From NCBI RefSeq assembly GCF_015904235.1, contig NZ_JADZLT010000040.1, forward strand, positions 449,794-513,793: a stretch of DNA of 64,000 bases, given 5' to 3'. The translations under genes were made by a program, and so were the position numbers. The notes under the pieces are model-generated. The model searched no databases and was not told the DNA's origin. It worked only from the letters and a program-made list of their open reading frames with translations. Shown piece by piece: positions 10,220 through 21,477 of the stretch. This DNA comes from Methylobrevis albus (GTDB taxonomy: Bacteria; Pseudomonadota; Alphaproteobacteria; Rhizobiales; Pleomorphomonadaceae). Every line of letters starts with the position of its first letter. The stretch's first letter is position 1.

Positions 10220-10465
10220 ATGGCAGAGCGCGCTCAAAATCTCCAGGACACCTTCCTCAACCACGTCCGGAAGAACAAGACCTCGCTGACGATCTTCCTC
10301 GTCAACGGTGTGAAACTTCAGGGCGTCGTCACCTGGTTTGACAACTTCTGTGTATTGCTGCGCCGTGACGGGCACTCCCAGCTCGTCTACAAGCATGCGA
10401 TCTCGACGATCATGCCGGCCCAGCCGGTGCAACTGTTCGAGCCGGGCGACGACAGCGCCGCGTGA
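10220..10465 (+). CDS. hfq: RNA chaperone Hfq
   Basis: 81 aa with the Sm1/Sm2 motifs ([28 protein letters not shown]). It sits in the conserved position upstream of hflX. Confidence 0.97.
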   Translation: MAERAQNLQDTFLNHVRKNKTSLTIFLVNGVKLQGVVTWFDNFCVLLRRDGHSQLVYKHAISTIMPAQPVQLFEPGDDSAA

Positions 10466-10654
10466 CCGCCGTCCGATAGTCTCCCGCTGGTCGGGAGAGC
10501 ATCATGACCGCTGCGTCGGCCGCCTCATCAGCGGCCGGCGCAGCGCATCGACGATGACAGACGGCCCGGCATTTCGCCGGCCGGGTCATTGTGATCGGGC
10601 CGTATCCGGCTTATCTCAGCTCTTTGGAGCTGTGATCCGGAGCAGGCGAAGACC

Positions 10655-12025
10655 TTGGAAGAGCACGACAGGAACGACGACATCGGCATCTCGATGGGCA
10701 AGGCGAAGTCGGTCTCCCGGCTCGCCAAGCGAACCCGTGCGGTCGTCGTCGCGCCGGAAATCGTGCGGCAGCGGCGGGCGGCGGATGCCTCCGACATCGC
10801 CAATCGCTCGGCGGAGGCGAAGCTCGCCGAAGCCGTGGGCCTCGCGCGCGCCATCGATCTCGAGATCGTCGGCCAGATGTCGGTGCGCATCTCGACGCCG
10901 CGGCCGGCGACGCTGATGGGGACCGGCAAGGTCGAGGAGATCCGCGCGGCGGTCGAGGCGGCCGAGGCGACGCTCGTGATCGTCGACCACGCGCTGACCC
11001 CGATCCAGCAGCGCAATCTCGAAAAGGCGCTGAACGCCAAGGTGCTCGACCGCACCGGCCTGATCCTCGAGATCTTCGGCGCCCGCGCGCGCACCCGTGA
11101 GGGCGCGCTGCAGGTCGAGCTCGCCCATCTCAACTACCAGAAGAGCCGGCTGGTGCGCAGCTGGACCCACCTCGAGCGCCAGCGCGGCGGCTTCGGCTTC
11201 CTCGGCGGCCCCGGCGAAACCCAGATCGAGGCCGACCGGCGCCTGCTGCAGGACCGGATCGCCAAGATCGAGGGCGACCTCGACCAGGTGCGCCGCACGC
11301 GCGACCTGCACCGACAGAACCGCAAGAAGGTGCCGCATCCGGTGGTGGCGCTGGTCGGCTACACCAACGCCGGCAAGTCGACGCTGTTCAACCAGTTGAC
11401 CGCCGCCGACGTGCTGGCGCAGGATCTGCTGTTCGCGACGCTCGACCCGACGCTGCGCCGGATCAAGCTGCCGCACGGCACCGAGGTGATCCTCTCCGAC
11501 ACCGTGGGTTTCATCTCCGACCTGCCGACCCACCTCGTCGCGGCCTTCCGGGCGACGCTCGAGGAGGTGATCGAGGCCGACGTGATCCTGCACGTGCGCG
11601 ACGTCTCGCATCCCGACACCGAGGCGCAGTCGGCCGACGTTGCCGAGGTGCTGCGCCTGCTCGAGGTCGAGACCGGCGAGACCGGGCGGATGATCGAGGT
11701 CTGGAACAAGATCGACCTGCTCGACCCCGACCACCGCGCCAAGCTGCTCGACGGCGAGGGCAGCGGCCGGGCGATCCCGGTCTCGGCGCTCACCGGCGAA
11801 GGCGTCGACACGCTGCTCGACATCGTCGAGAACCGCCTCGTCGGCGACCGCCCGGTCTACGACGTGACCCTCGACCCGGCCGACGGCGCCGGCCTCGCCT
11901 GGTTGCACCGCAATGCGGAAGTGCTGTCGCGCGGCGAGGCGAAGGAGGAGGGGATTCCCCTCACGGTGCGGGTGTCGCCGCGGCATCAGGAGCAGTTTCT
12001 GGCACGGTTCAAGCTCGCGGGGTGA
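10655..12025 (+). CDS. hflX: GTPase HflX
   Basis: HflX N-terminal domain plus a G domain ([18 protein letters not shown]). Conserved hfq-hflX synteny. Confidence 0.92.
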   Translation: MEEHDRNDDIGISMGKAKSVSRLAKRTRAVVVAPEIVRQRRAADASDIANRSAEAKLAEAVGLARAIDLEIVGQMSVRISTPRPATLMGTGKVEEIRAAVEAAEATLVIVDHALTPIQQRNLEKALNAKVLDRTGLILEIFGARARTREGALQVELAHLNYQKSRLVRSWTHLERQRGGFGFLGGPGETQIEADRRLLQDRIAKIEGDLDQVRRTRDLHRQNRKKVPHPVVALVGYTNAGKSTLFNQLTAADVLAQDLLFATLDPTLRRIKLPHGTEVILSDTVGFISDLPTHLVAAFRATLEEVIEADVILHVRDVSHPDTEAQSADVAEVLRLLEVETGETGRMIEVWNKIDLLDPDHRAKLLDGEGSGRAIPVSALTGEGVDTLLDIVENRLVGDRPVYDVTLDPADGAGLAWLHRNAEVLSRGEAKEEGIPLTVRVSPRHQEQFLARFKLAG

Positions 12026-12044
12026 AATGGAGGAGGGGCTGTTG

Positions 12045-12218
12045 CCCCCTCATCCGCCCTTCGGGCACCTTCTCCCGCGAGGGGAGAAGGGGATTTGCGG
12101 CGAATACTGAATCAAGATTGCGCCGTATCTATTTGAAATCGATGCGGATTTGAGCAAGGCTCCGCCTAATTCCTTCTCCCCTCGCGGGAGAAGGTGGCCG
12201 AAGGCCGGATGAGGGGGC
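12045..12218. repeat. REP/BIME-like palindromic intergenic element (family A, copy 1)
   Basis: Two inverted copies of a 47-bp unit CCCCCTCATCCGCCCTTCGGGCACCTTCTCCCGCGAGGGGAGAAGG, separated by about 80 bp. It lies between the convergent hflX and mazG genes. Each unit contains a 9-bp stem hairpin. Confidence 0.85.
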
Positions 12219-12245
12219 GCGGCCTCTCCTCACTCCAACCCCCGC

Positions 12246-13073
12246 CTACTCCGCCGCCACCTTCGCCTGCTGCCACAGCGCTTCCATCTCGTCGAGGCTC
12301 GCCTCGGCGGGGCTGCGGCCGGCCGCGGCCAGCGCGCGTTCGATGTAGCCGAAACGGCGGACGAACTTCTCGTTGGTGAGGCGCAGGGCCATGTCGGGGT
12401 CGACGTCGAGGTGGCGGGCGAGGTTGGCGAAGGCGAACAGGACGTCGCCGAGTTCGCCGGCGATCGTGGTGCGGTCGCTGCCGGCGTCGATCTCGGCTTC
12501 GAGTTCGTCGAGTTCCTCGCGGATCTTGGCGATCACCAGCTTGGGGTCGCCCCAGTCGAAGCCGACGGTGGCGGCTTTTGCCTGCAGCTTGACGGCGCGG
12601 GGCAGGGCGGACTGGGCGGCGGCGACCTCGCCGAGCAAGCCCGGGCCGGTGTCGTCCGGCAGGCCGCGTTCGGCGCGGCGCGCCCGGCGGGCGGCCTTTT
12701 CGGCAGCCTTGATGCGGTTCCAGGCGCCCTTCGCCATGCCGGCGGAGCGGGCGTCCTCGTCGCCAAAAACGTGCGGATGGCGGCGGATCATCTTTGCGGT
12801 GATCGCCTCGACGACGTCGGCAAAGGCGAAGTTGCCGGCTTCCTCGGCCATGCGGGCGTGGAAGACCACCTGCAGCAGCAGGTCGCCGAGCTCGTCGCGC
12901 AGGTCGTCGAGGTCGCCGCGCGCGATGGCGTCGGCGACTTCGTAGGCTTCCTCGATGGTGTAGGGGGCGATCGACGCGAAGTCCTGTTCGACGTCCCACG
13001 GGCAGCCGTGGTCGGGGTCGCGCAGCGCTGCCATGATGGCGAGAAGATCGTCGATGTCGCGTCCGTGCTGCAT
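12246..13073 (-). CDS. mazG: nucleoside triphosphate pyrophosphohydrolase MazG
   Basis: Tandem MazG domains (EEAYEVADAI, DELGDLLLQVVFHA; second copy ELGDVLFAFANLA). The start was set at MQHGRDIDDLLAIM. Confidence 0.88.
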   Translation of the reverse strand: MQHGRDIDDLLAIMAALRDPDHGCPWDVEQDFASIAPYTIEEAYEVADAIARGDLDDLRDELGDLLLQVVFHARMAEEAGNFAFADVVEAITAKMIRRHPHVFGDEDARSAGMAKGAWNRIKAAEKAARRARRAERGLPDDTGPGLLGEVAAAQSALPRAVKLQAKAATVGFDWGDPKLVIAKIREELDELEAEIDAGSDRTTIAGELGDVLFAFANLARHLDVDPDMALRLTNEKFVRRFGYIERALAAAGRSPAEASLDEMEALWQQAKVAAE

Positions 13074-13196
13074 GGCTCGCCCGTGGTTGAGAACGGGCGG
13101 CACTTGAGCAGAGGGGGCGGCGCAGCGCAACCGCGCCCGCCGCCCCTCGTGGTCTGTCGATCCGGAGGGCGCCGCGTGGCGGCGATCCCTATCCCG

Positions 13197-14183
13197 TCAC
13201 ATCGCGCTCGCCTGGCCTGGCCAGTAGGTGCCGTCGGTGAGTTCGGTCGAGTCGCCGACGAGATCGGCGCCGCCGAGTTCGGCCATCAGCTTGAACACCC
13301 GGCGGGCGTTGTCGATTTCCTGCTCCAGCGACGCGGTCGGGATGCCTTCGCGGAAACGGTCGCGCAGCACGGCGAGTTCGGCGTCGTTGGCCGGGCGCAC
13401 CTGCGGGGTGAGGCGGACCCACTCCTCGTCGGAGGTCTTCATGATCTCCTTAGCCTCGCGCGAGGCGGCGACGAAGCCCTTCATCGCGGCTTCGTGCTCG
13501 GCGGCGAACTTGTCGTGGAAGACGTAGCCGATCGGGGCGTTGTTGCCGCCGGCGCCGAGCGCGGTCGCGGCTTCCTCGCCCGTGATCAGGCGCTTGTAGC
13601 CCTTGGCTTCCAGCTTGGCGCTGAAGTTCCAGAAGCTCAGCACCGCGTCGAGTTCACCCTGCTCGAACTTTTCCGACAGCAGCGGCGGGGCGCCGTACTG
13701 CGGCTCGGCGTCTTTCGCGAGATCGATGCCGAAGTCCTTCTTGGCGACGGCCTGGATCATCAGCCAGTTCTTGTCGAGCGGGCCCCCGGCGACGCCGATC
13801 CGCTTGCCCTTGAGATCGGCGAGCGTCGCCGCGCCGGAATCGGCGGGCACCATCAGCGCGCCGACGGCCGAGGAGAACGGCACGAAGGTGAGGTCGTCGC
13901 CGGAGGCGCGCTGGCGCGTGACCCACAGCCAGTCGCTGACGATCACGTCCATGTCGCCGCCCTGCAGGCCGATCTTGGTCGCCTCGTTGTTGGCGACTTC
14001 GGCGAGCTCCAGCTCGAAGCCGTGCTTGGCGTCGAGGCCGTGCGCCTTGATGACGTCCATCTCCCAGTTCACCGTGCCGAACTTCAGCACGCCGACGCGG
14101 ATCTTGTCGGCGGCGGACGCGGCGCCCGCCGTGAGCAGCACGGCGGCGGCGGCCGCGGCGACGATCAGTTTCCTCGCGATCAT
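13197..14183 (-). CDS. ABC transporter substrate-binding protein (NitT/TauT/NMT1-like), orphan
   Basis: Signal peptide (MIARKLIVAAAAAAVLLTAGAASA) followed by a periplasmic binding fold. No permease or ATPase gene is adjacent. Confidence 0.75.
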   Translation of the reverse strand: MIARKLIVAAAAAAVLLTAGAASAADKIRVGVLKFGTVNWEMDVIKAHGLDAKHGFELELAEVANNEATKIGLQGGDMDVIVSDWLWVTRQRASGDDLTFVPFSSAVGALMVPADSGAATLADLKGKRIGVAGGPLDKNWLMIQAVAKKDFGIDLAKDAEPQYGAPPLLSEKFEQGELDAVLSFWNFSAKLEAKGYKRLITGEEAATALGAGGNNAPIGYVFHDKFAAEHEAAMKGFVAASREAKEIMKTSDEEWVRLTPQVRPANDAELAVLRDRFREGIPTASLEQEIDNARRVFKLMAELGGADLVGDSTELTDGTYWPGQASAM

Positions 14184-14361
14184 GAAACCTTCCTCCCGGC
14201 GCCGGCTGATCGCCGGCGTTCGTTGTTTGTCTTTGATTGGTGCGGCACGCCCCAGCGGTGCCTTTGGGGCCAACGCTAGATCGCGGCGCGCGGACGCGCA
14301 CCTTAACAAAACGTCACGTCCCGTCACCTCCGGCCCCGCCCACTTGGCCGTACCGGCTGGC

Positions 14362-14907
14362 TCAGGGCTTCGGCAGGTCGCAGGCGGTGATCGTCGCCAC
14401 CTTCGTCGCGTAGCGCACGGCCGGATAGCCGTCGAAGAAGTCGGGCACCACGAAGGTGCCGGTCGAATCCGGCGGGATCACGGAGGCCGCCGTCACCGAG
14501 ACGGTGGAGAGGTTGAGATCCTGGGTCGCGACCTCGATGCCGGTCAGCAGCTTGTCGGGGAAGATGTTGCGCACCTCCCAGGTGAAGATGTTGAGCTGCT
14601 GGCGCCACGAGGCGCTGGCGGCGCGCACGGCGCGGAATTCGTCGCGGGTGAGCGGGCGCGGCGTGCAGGCGGCATAGGCCTCGTAGAGCCCGGCCTTGCG
14701 CAACCCGTCGAGCGCCTCCGAGGTGCACATGTCGCGGCAGGCGCGCACGCCGTCGGCCATCTTGAAATGGTCCTGGCTCACCACCGGATCGGCCGCGATG
14801 CAGGCCGAGAAGCAGTCCGCCCTTGCCGCTGCGCCGCTGCCGAGAAGAATACCGACGGCGAGCGCCGCTGCGCCGGCACTCGGCGCCCATGCCATGATCT
14901 TCCGCAT
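14362..14907 (-). CDS. hypothetical Cys-rich secreted protein
   Basis: Start at MRKIMAWAPSAGAAALAV (signal peptide). It contains 6 Cys, has high GC3 and is co-directional with the downstream SBP gene. No recognisable family. Confidence 0.5.
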   Translation of the reverse strand: MRKIMAWAPSAGAAALAVGILLGSGAAARADCFSACIAADPVVSQDHFKMADGVRACRDMCTSEALDGLRKAGLYEAYAACTPRPLTRDEFRAVRAASASWRQQLNIFTWEVRNIFPDKLLTGIEVATQDLNLSTVSVTAASVIPPDSTGTFVVPDFFDGYPAVRYATKVATITACDLPKP

Positions 14908-15128
14908 CGTGATCCTCCCGTGCGGCCGGTCTTCGGCGCGCAAACGTCGCGGCCGGCTGTTGTGGTCGCAACTCACTACGTGCGCGCGGGACAACCGGAC
15001 CATGCGGCGACCCGCCACGCTCCGGCAGCCGTGGCGGAACGGTTGAAATCGCGCGGCCGGGATGTTGTATGGCCTTGTCCATACAGGCCGGCGCCAGCCG
15101 GGCGCGGGGACGAGCGGGGACGCGGACG

Positions 15129-15872
15129 ATGACCTTGGACAGTGGGCTCTCCGAGCAGGCCGGGCCGCTCTACGAAAAGGTGAAGGACTACATCCGCCGC
15201 AACATCGAGGCCGGCCATTGGACCACCGACACGCGGCTGCCGTCCGAAAACGACCTCGTCGCCCAGCTCGGCGTCTCGCGGATGACCGTGCACCGGGCGC
15301 TGCGCGAACTCACCGCCGCCGGCCTGCTCCGGCGTATCCAGGGCGTCGGCACCTTCGTCGCGGTTCCGCGGCCGCAGTCGGCGCTGGTCGAGATCAACGA
15401 CATCGCCGCCGAGATCCGCGCCCGTGGTCACGCGCACCGCTCGAAGGTGCTGCGGCTCGAGACGGTGACGGCCTCGACCGAACTGATGCTCGGCTTCGAG
15501 ATGACCAGCCGGCGGCCGCTCTATCACTCGGTCGTGGTCCACTTCGAGAACGACATGCCGGTGCAGCGCGAGGAGCGCTTCGTCAACCCGGCACTGGTGC
15601 CCGGCTACGCCGCCCAGGATTTCTCGACCCGCACCACCTTCGACTACCTGCAGAGCCAGGCCCCGCTGACCGAAGTCGAGCACGTCATCACCGCCGTGGC
15701 GGCGGACGCGGCGATGGCGGCGGAACTCGCCGTTCCCCCGGGCGACCCCTGCCTGCTGCTGCACCGGCGAACCTGGAGCGGCGCGACGGTGGCGACGGTG
15801 AATCGTCTGACCTATGTGGGCAGCCGCTACGCGCTGGGGAGCCGGTATCTGACGGGGACGCGGGCGGGGTAG
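15129..15872 (+). CDS. hutC: GntR-family transcriptional regulator, HutC subfamily
   Basis: N-terminal wHTH (LPSENDLVAQLGVSRMTVHRALRELTAAGLLRRIQGVGTFVA) closely resembles histidine-utilisation repressors. A C-terminal UTRA effector domain is present. No hut catabolic genes occur in the window. Confidence 0.8.
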   Translation: MTLDSGLSEQAGPLYEKVKDYIRRNIEAGHWTTDTRLPSENDLVAQLGVSRMTVHRALRELTAAGLLRRIQGVGTFVAVPRPQSALVEINDIAAEIRARGHAHRSKVLRLETVTASTELMLGFEMTSRRPLYHSVVVHFENDMPVQREERFVNPALVPGYAAQDFSTRTTFDYLQSQAPLTEVEHVITAVAADAAMAAELAVPPGDPCLLLHRRTWSGATVATVNRLTYVGSRYALGSRYLTGTRAG

Positions 15873-15889
15873 GGCTGGGTGCCGTCTTG

Positions 15890-16960
15890 CCCTTCTCCAC
15901 GGTCGTTATCTCCGCGAATGCGGGGATGTCGGCTGAGAGGGAGCAGGCGAGGGACTGCCCGCGCCCTCGTCTAAACGCCCGCTTCTTGCCGACTGTCAGT
16001 GCCTCCATGGACGTCACCCCCTCCCGGAACGTCATCCCTCCCAAGGACGTCATCCCCGCGAAAGCGGGGATCCAACTGTCGACTGGGGGCGAACTGTCGG
16101 ATCGGTCTGGTGTTGCCGGGGGGCACCGGGGCGGGCGCTATGCCTCTCTGCGTCTCCGCCCTCGCGGAGAGTTGGATCCCCGCTTTCGCGGGGATGACGA
16201 CCGCGAGGCGAGCGAGGAGAGGCGACCGGTGTCCTCCGGCCTCGCCGCGGTCTTGCCGTCGTCCGCCGCCAATGCGGGGATCGAACCGTCCGCCGGGGGA
16301 GAATCATTGAGGGAACTCCTTCCCCTCCACGGCCGTCATCCCCGCGAAAGCGGGGATCCAACTGTCGGCTGGGGGAGAACTGTCGGATCGGTCTGGTGTT
16401 GCCGGGGGGGCGCCGGGCGGCGGGCGCTATGCCTCTCTGCGTCTCCGCCCTCGCGGAGAGTTGGATCCCCGCTTTCGCGGGGATGACGACTGAGAAGCGA
16501 GAGAGGAGGGATGACCGGGCGGCGGGCGCTATGCCTCTCCGCGTCTCCGCCCTCGCGGCGAGTTGGATCCCCGCTTTCGCGGGGATGACGCCCGAGAGGC
16601 GAGAGAGGCGGGACGACCGGCGTCCTCCGGCCTCGCCGCGGTCTTGCCGTCGTCCCCGCCAATGCCGAGATCCAACCGTCCGCCGGGGGAGAATCATTGA
16701 GGCAACTCTTCCCCTCCACGGCCGTCATCCCCGCGAAAGCGGGGATCCAACTGTCGGCTGGGGGAGAACTGTCGCATCGGTCTGGTGTTGCCGGAGGGTT
16801 TCATCGGGCGGCGGGCGCTATGCCTCTCTGCGTCCCGGCCCTCGCGGAGAGTTGGATCCCCGCTTTCGCGGGGATGACGACCGAGAGGCGAGCGAGGCGG
16901 GACGACCGGTGTCCTCCGGCCGCGTCGCGGTCCTGCCGCCCATCCGTCCCAGGCGCCGCT
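15890..16960. repeat. tandem array of MITE/REP-like palindromic elements
   Basis: Three full about 150-bp elements (16049..16198, 16335..16487, 16724..16877) plus a half element (16516..16589). Each is bounded by 29-bp inverted termini GTCATCCCCGCGAAAGCGGGGATCCAACT, and each terminus contains a 10-bp-stem GAAA-tetraloop hairpin. The elements sit within an about 390-bp higher-order tandem duplication. A degenerate copy lies at 15897..15930. Confidence 0.9.
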
Positions 16961-17035
16961 TTCCCGGCATCGCCAAAATCTGCTATGCGGCTTGCGACTT
17001 CGCGTCGCCCGACGAACCGAGAAGAAAGATCGCCG

Positions 17036-17809
17036 ATGACCCCCTCCATTCGCCCGCTCGTGGCCGGAAACTGGAAGATGAATGGACTGGCCGCCTCGGC
17101 CGCCGAGTTCAGGGCGATCCTCGCCGGTTATGACGCGAGCCTCGCGGGCGCCATCGATCTCGCGGTGTTTCCGCCGGCGACGCTGCTCGCCGCCTTTGCC
17201 ACGGCGGCCGCGGAGACGGGGGTGATCGTGGGTGGGCAGGACTGCCATGCGGCGGCCTCGGGCGCCCATACCGGCGATATCTCGGCCGAGATGCTGGCGG
17301 ATGCCGGGGCGGGCGCGGTGATCGTCGGCCATTCGGAGCGGCGCACCGACCACGACGAGACCGACGCCGACGTCTGCGCCAAGGCGCTGGCGGCGCGGCG
17401 GGCGGGGCTCATTGCCGTGATCTGCATCGGCGAGACGCTGGACGAGCGCGACCGCGGCGTGACGCTCGACGTCGTCGGGCGCCAGCTCACCGGCTCGCTT
17501 CCCGTGGGCGCGACGGCGGCGAACGTCGTCGTCGCCTACGAGCCGGTGTGGGCGATCGGCACCGGCCGCACGCCGACGGCCGAGGACGTCGCCACCGTGC
17601 ACGCCTTCATCCGCGACCGGCTGGTGCACCGCTTCGGCGCCGAGGGCGAGGTGATCCGCATCCTCTACGGTGGCTCGGTGAAGCCCGGCAATGCGGCGGA
17701 GCTGATGGCGATTCCCCATGTCGACGGCGCGCTGGTCGGCGGCGCCAGCCTCAAGGCGGCCGACTTCCTCGGCATCGCCGGCGCCTACCGGTCGCTGACC
17801 GCGGCCTGA
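17036..17809 (+). CDS. tpiA: triose-phosphate isomerase
   Basis: [17 protein letters not shown] with catalytic motifs ([17 protein letters not shown]). The ATG at 17036 lies in the same frame as the repeat-derived track ORF 16697..17809. Confidence 0.95.
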   Translation: MTPSIRPLVAGNWKMNGLAASAAEFRAILAGYDASLAGAIDLAVFPPATLLAAFATAAAETGVIVGGQDCHAAASGAHTGDISAEMLADAGAGAVIVGHSERRTDHDETDADVCAKALAARRAGLIAVICIGETLDERDRGVTLDVVGRQLTGSLPVGATAANVVVAYEPVWAIGTGRTPTAEDVATVHAFIRDRLVHRFGAEGEVIRILYGGSVKPGNAAELMAIPHVDGALVGGASLKAADFLGIAGAYRSLTAA

Positions 17810-18171
17810 CGACGGCGCCCGGCGGACGCTGCCGGGGGGATCGTCGCAGTCCCTGCGGACCGTGGCGGAATTCGCCCTCGCAATGCGCGCGGCAAACGCC
17901 CATATCATGAGTTCCGGGCGACGTTCCGCGCCGCCGGGAGACATCTTCGCCTGATCCCCTCCGCCGGTCCCCCTCGCGCCCTGCCTTCCGGCCCTTCGCC
18001 GCCCCGCGAAACGGCAGGAAGCGTTGCGCGGAGCGGGGTGGAAAGCGCGGAGGCGATCGTGTACAACGCCGCCGGTTGTTTTCCTTGCCGTGAGCCGGTT
18101 CATTCCGTCCGGGTGCGCCGGCCGGGCGCTCCCGGCCGGTCGGGCCGGGCTCCAGAGGTTTTTGCTGGTCC

Positions 18172-18687
18172 ATGCAGACGGTCATCCTCGTCATCCACCT
18201 GATGGTGGTCATCGCCCTCGTCGGCGTCGTGCTGCTGCAGCGCTCGGAAGGCGGTGCGCTCGGCATCGGCGGCGGTGGCGGCTTCATGTCGAGCCGCGGC
18301 TCGGCCAACGTGCTGACGCGGGCGACCGCCATCCTCGCGGCGCTGTTCTTCCTCACGTCGATCGCGCTCACCCTGCTGCCGCGCTACATGGGCGGCCCGG
18401 CGTCGATCTTCGACGGCGTGCCCGGTGCGGCGCCGGCCCCCGCGGGCCTGCCGAACCTCTCGGGTGATGGCGAGGGCATCCTGAATCAGCTGCAGCGGCC
18501 GGGCGCCCAGACGCCCGCCGCGCCGGCCCCGGGTGCCCAGGCGCCGGCCAGCGAGGCTCCGGCGACCGAGGCGCCGGCCGCTCCAGCCCCGGCGACCCAG
18601 GCTCCGCCGGCCGCCACCCCCGCGACGCCCGACGTCACGCCGTCCGTGCCGGCCCCGGCCGCCCCGACGACCCCGCCGGCGCCTTGA
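18172..18687 (+). CDS. secG: preprotein translocase subunit SecG
   Basis: Two transmembrane helices with LLQRSEGGALG, followed by a Pro/Ala-rich C-terminal extension. Conserved tpiA-secG-pyrG order. Confidence 0.85.
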   Translation: MQTVILVIHLMVVIALVGVVLLQRSEGGALGIGGGGGFMSSRGSANVLTRATAILAALFFLTSIALTLLPRYMGGPASIFDGVPGAAPAPAGLPNLSGDGEGILNQLQRPGAQTPAAPAPGAQAPASEAPATEAPAAPAPATQAPPAATPATPDVTPSVPAPAAPTTPPAP

Positions 18688-18772
18688 GGCCCACCGGCGC
18701 ATAGCCGACATTCGTCCGGCGCCCCCGCGGCGCCGGGCTTCGCCCAGCGAGTGGTTCTCCGGCCCGACCGGC

Positions 18773-18800
18773 CGGGGAGCGGCTCCCTGTTTTTGTTTGA
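18773..18800 (+). terminator. rho-independent terminator after secG
   Basis: GGGGAGCGGCTCCC hairpin followed by TGTTTTTGTTTG. Confidence 0.7.
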
Positions 18801-18822
18801 GGAGACGGTTCGTCACCGCTGA

Positions 18823-20484
<1,662 letters not shown>

Positions 20485-20511
20485 GGCGGTGATCGGAAAG
20501 CGGGGACAGCG

Positions 20512-21462
20512 ATGGCGGCGGCGATCGACCCGGCGGCGATCAAGGTGATCCTCGGCGAGATCGCCGAGGAGACGCTGGCGCTCCGGCGCGTCGGCAAGGT
20601 CGCGAGCTACATCCCCGAACTCGCCGGCGTCGATCCCGAAGGCTTCGCCGTCAGCGTCGCCTTCCTCGACGGGCGGACCGCCGAGGTTGGCGCCGTGGGC
20701 GAGACCTTCTCGATCCAGAGCATCTCCAAGGTCTTCAACCTGACGCTGGCGCTCGGCAAGATCGGCGACGTGCTGTGGCGCCGCGTCGGGCGCGAACCGT
20801 CGGGCAACGCCTTCAACTCGATCGTCCAGCTCGAGCAAGAGCAGGGCATTCCGCGCAATCCCTTCATCAACGCCGGCGCCATCGTCGTCTCCGACGTCCT
20901 CCTCGCCGGCCACGAGCCGAAGGAGACCATCGCCGAAACTGTGACCTTCCTGCGCTTCCTTGCGGGCGACGAGAGCATCGTCGTCGACAAGGCGGTGGCG
21001 CAGTCGGAGAAGGCGACCGGCAACCGCAACTTCGCGCTCGCGTATTTCCTGAAAGCGCACGGCAATCTGGTCGAGACGCCCGACCGCGTGCTCGGCGTCT
21101 ATTTCCACCAGTGCGCCATCGCGATGAGCTGCCGCCAGCTCGCGCGCGCCTGCCTGTTCCTCGCCGCCGACGGCCGCGACCCGGTCGGCGGCCGGCGCAT
21201 CGTCTCGGCGCAGCGGGCGCGGCGCATCAATGCGTTGATGATGACGTCGGGTATGTACGACGCCTCGGGCGACTTCGCCTATCGCATCGGCCTGCCGGCA
21301 AAGAGCGGCGTCGGCGGCGGCATCGTCGCGGTGGTGCCGGGCGTCGGCACGGTCGCGGTGTGGTCGCCGGGGCTCGACGCCACCGGCAACTCGCTGGTCG
21401 GCAGTCTCGTGCTGGAAAAGCTGGTGCAGCGGACGGGCTGGACGGTATTCGGCGGGCGTTGA
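20512..21462 (+). CDS. glsA: glutaminase A
   Basis: Serine-dependent glutaminase motifs ([21 protein letters not shown]). Confidence 0.9.
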   Translation: MAAAIDPAAIKVILGEIAEETLALRRVGKVASYIPELAGVDPEGFAVSVAFLDGRTAEVGAVGETFSIQSISKVFNLTLALGKIGDVLWRRVGREPSGNAFNSIVQLEQEQGIPRNPFINAGAIVVSDVLLAGHEPKETIAETVTFLRFLAGDESIVVDKAVAQSEKATGNRNFALAYFLKAHGNLVETPDRVLGVYFHQCAIAMSCRQLARACLFLAADGRDPVGGRRIVSAQRARRINALMMTSGMYDASGDFAYRIGLPAKSGVGGGIVAVVPGVGTVAVWSPGLDATGNSLVGSLVLEKLVQRTGWTVFGGR

Positions 21463-21477
21463 CCGCGGATCCTCGCC

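Noticed and set aside
11913-12379. Short ORFs giving [16 protein letters not shown] / LIRPSATFSREGRRN peptides (also at 29178..29804 and 40119..41522)
   Set aside because: They are encoded entirely by the palindromic REP-like element family and are frame-independent repeats, not genes.
15890-16960. Possible CRISPR array because of repeated about 30-bp palindromic units
   Set aside because: Units alternate in orientation (inverted pairs), spacing is irregular and 'spacers' are themselves repeated. No cas genes are present. This is a MITE/REP array.
16050-18103. ORFs 16050..16697(-), 16336..16728(-), 16694..18103(-), 15999..16310(+) with [10 protein letters not shown] peptides
   Set aside because: They are translated from the tandem MITE hairpins (repeat-derived) or antisense to tpiA, and do not encode proteins.
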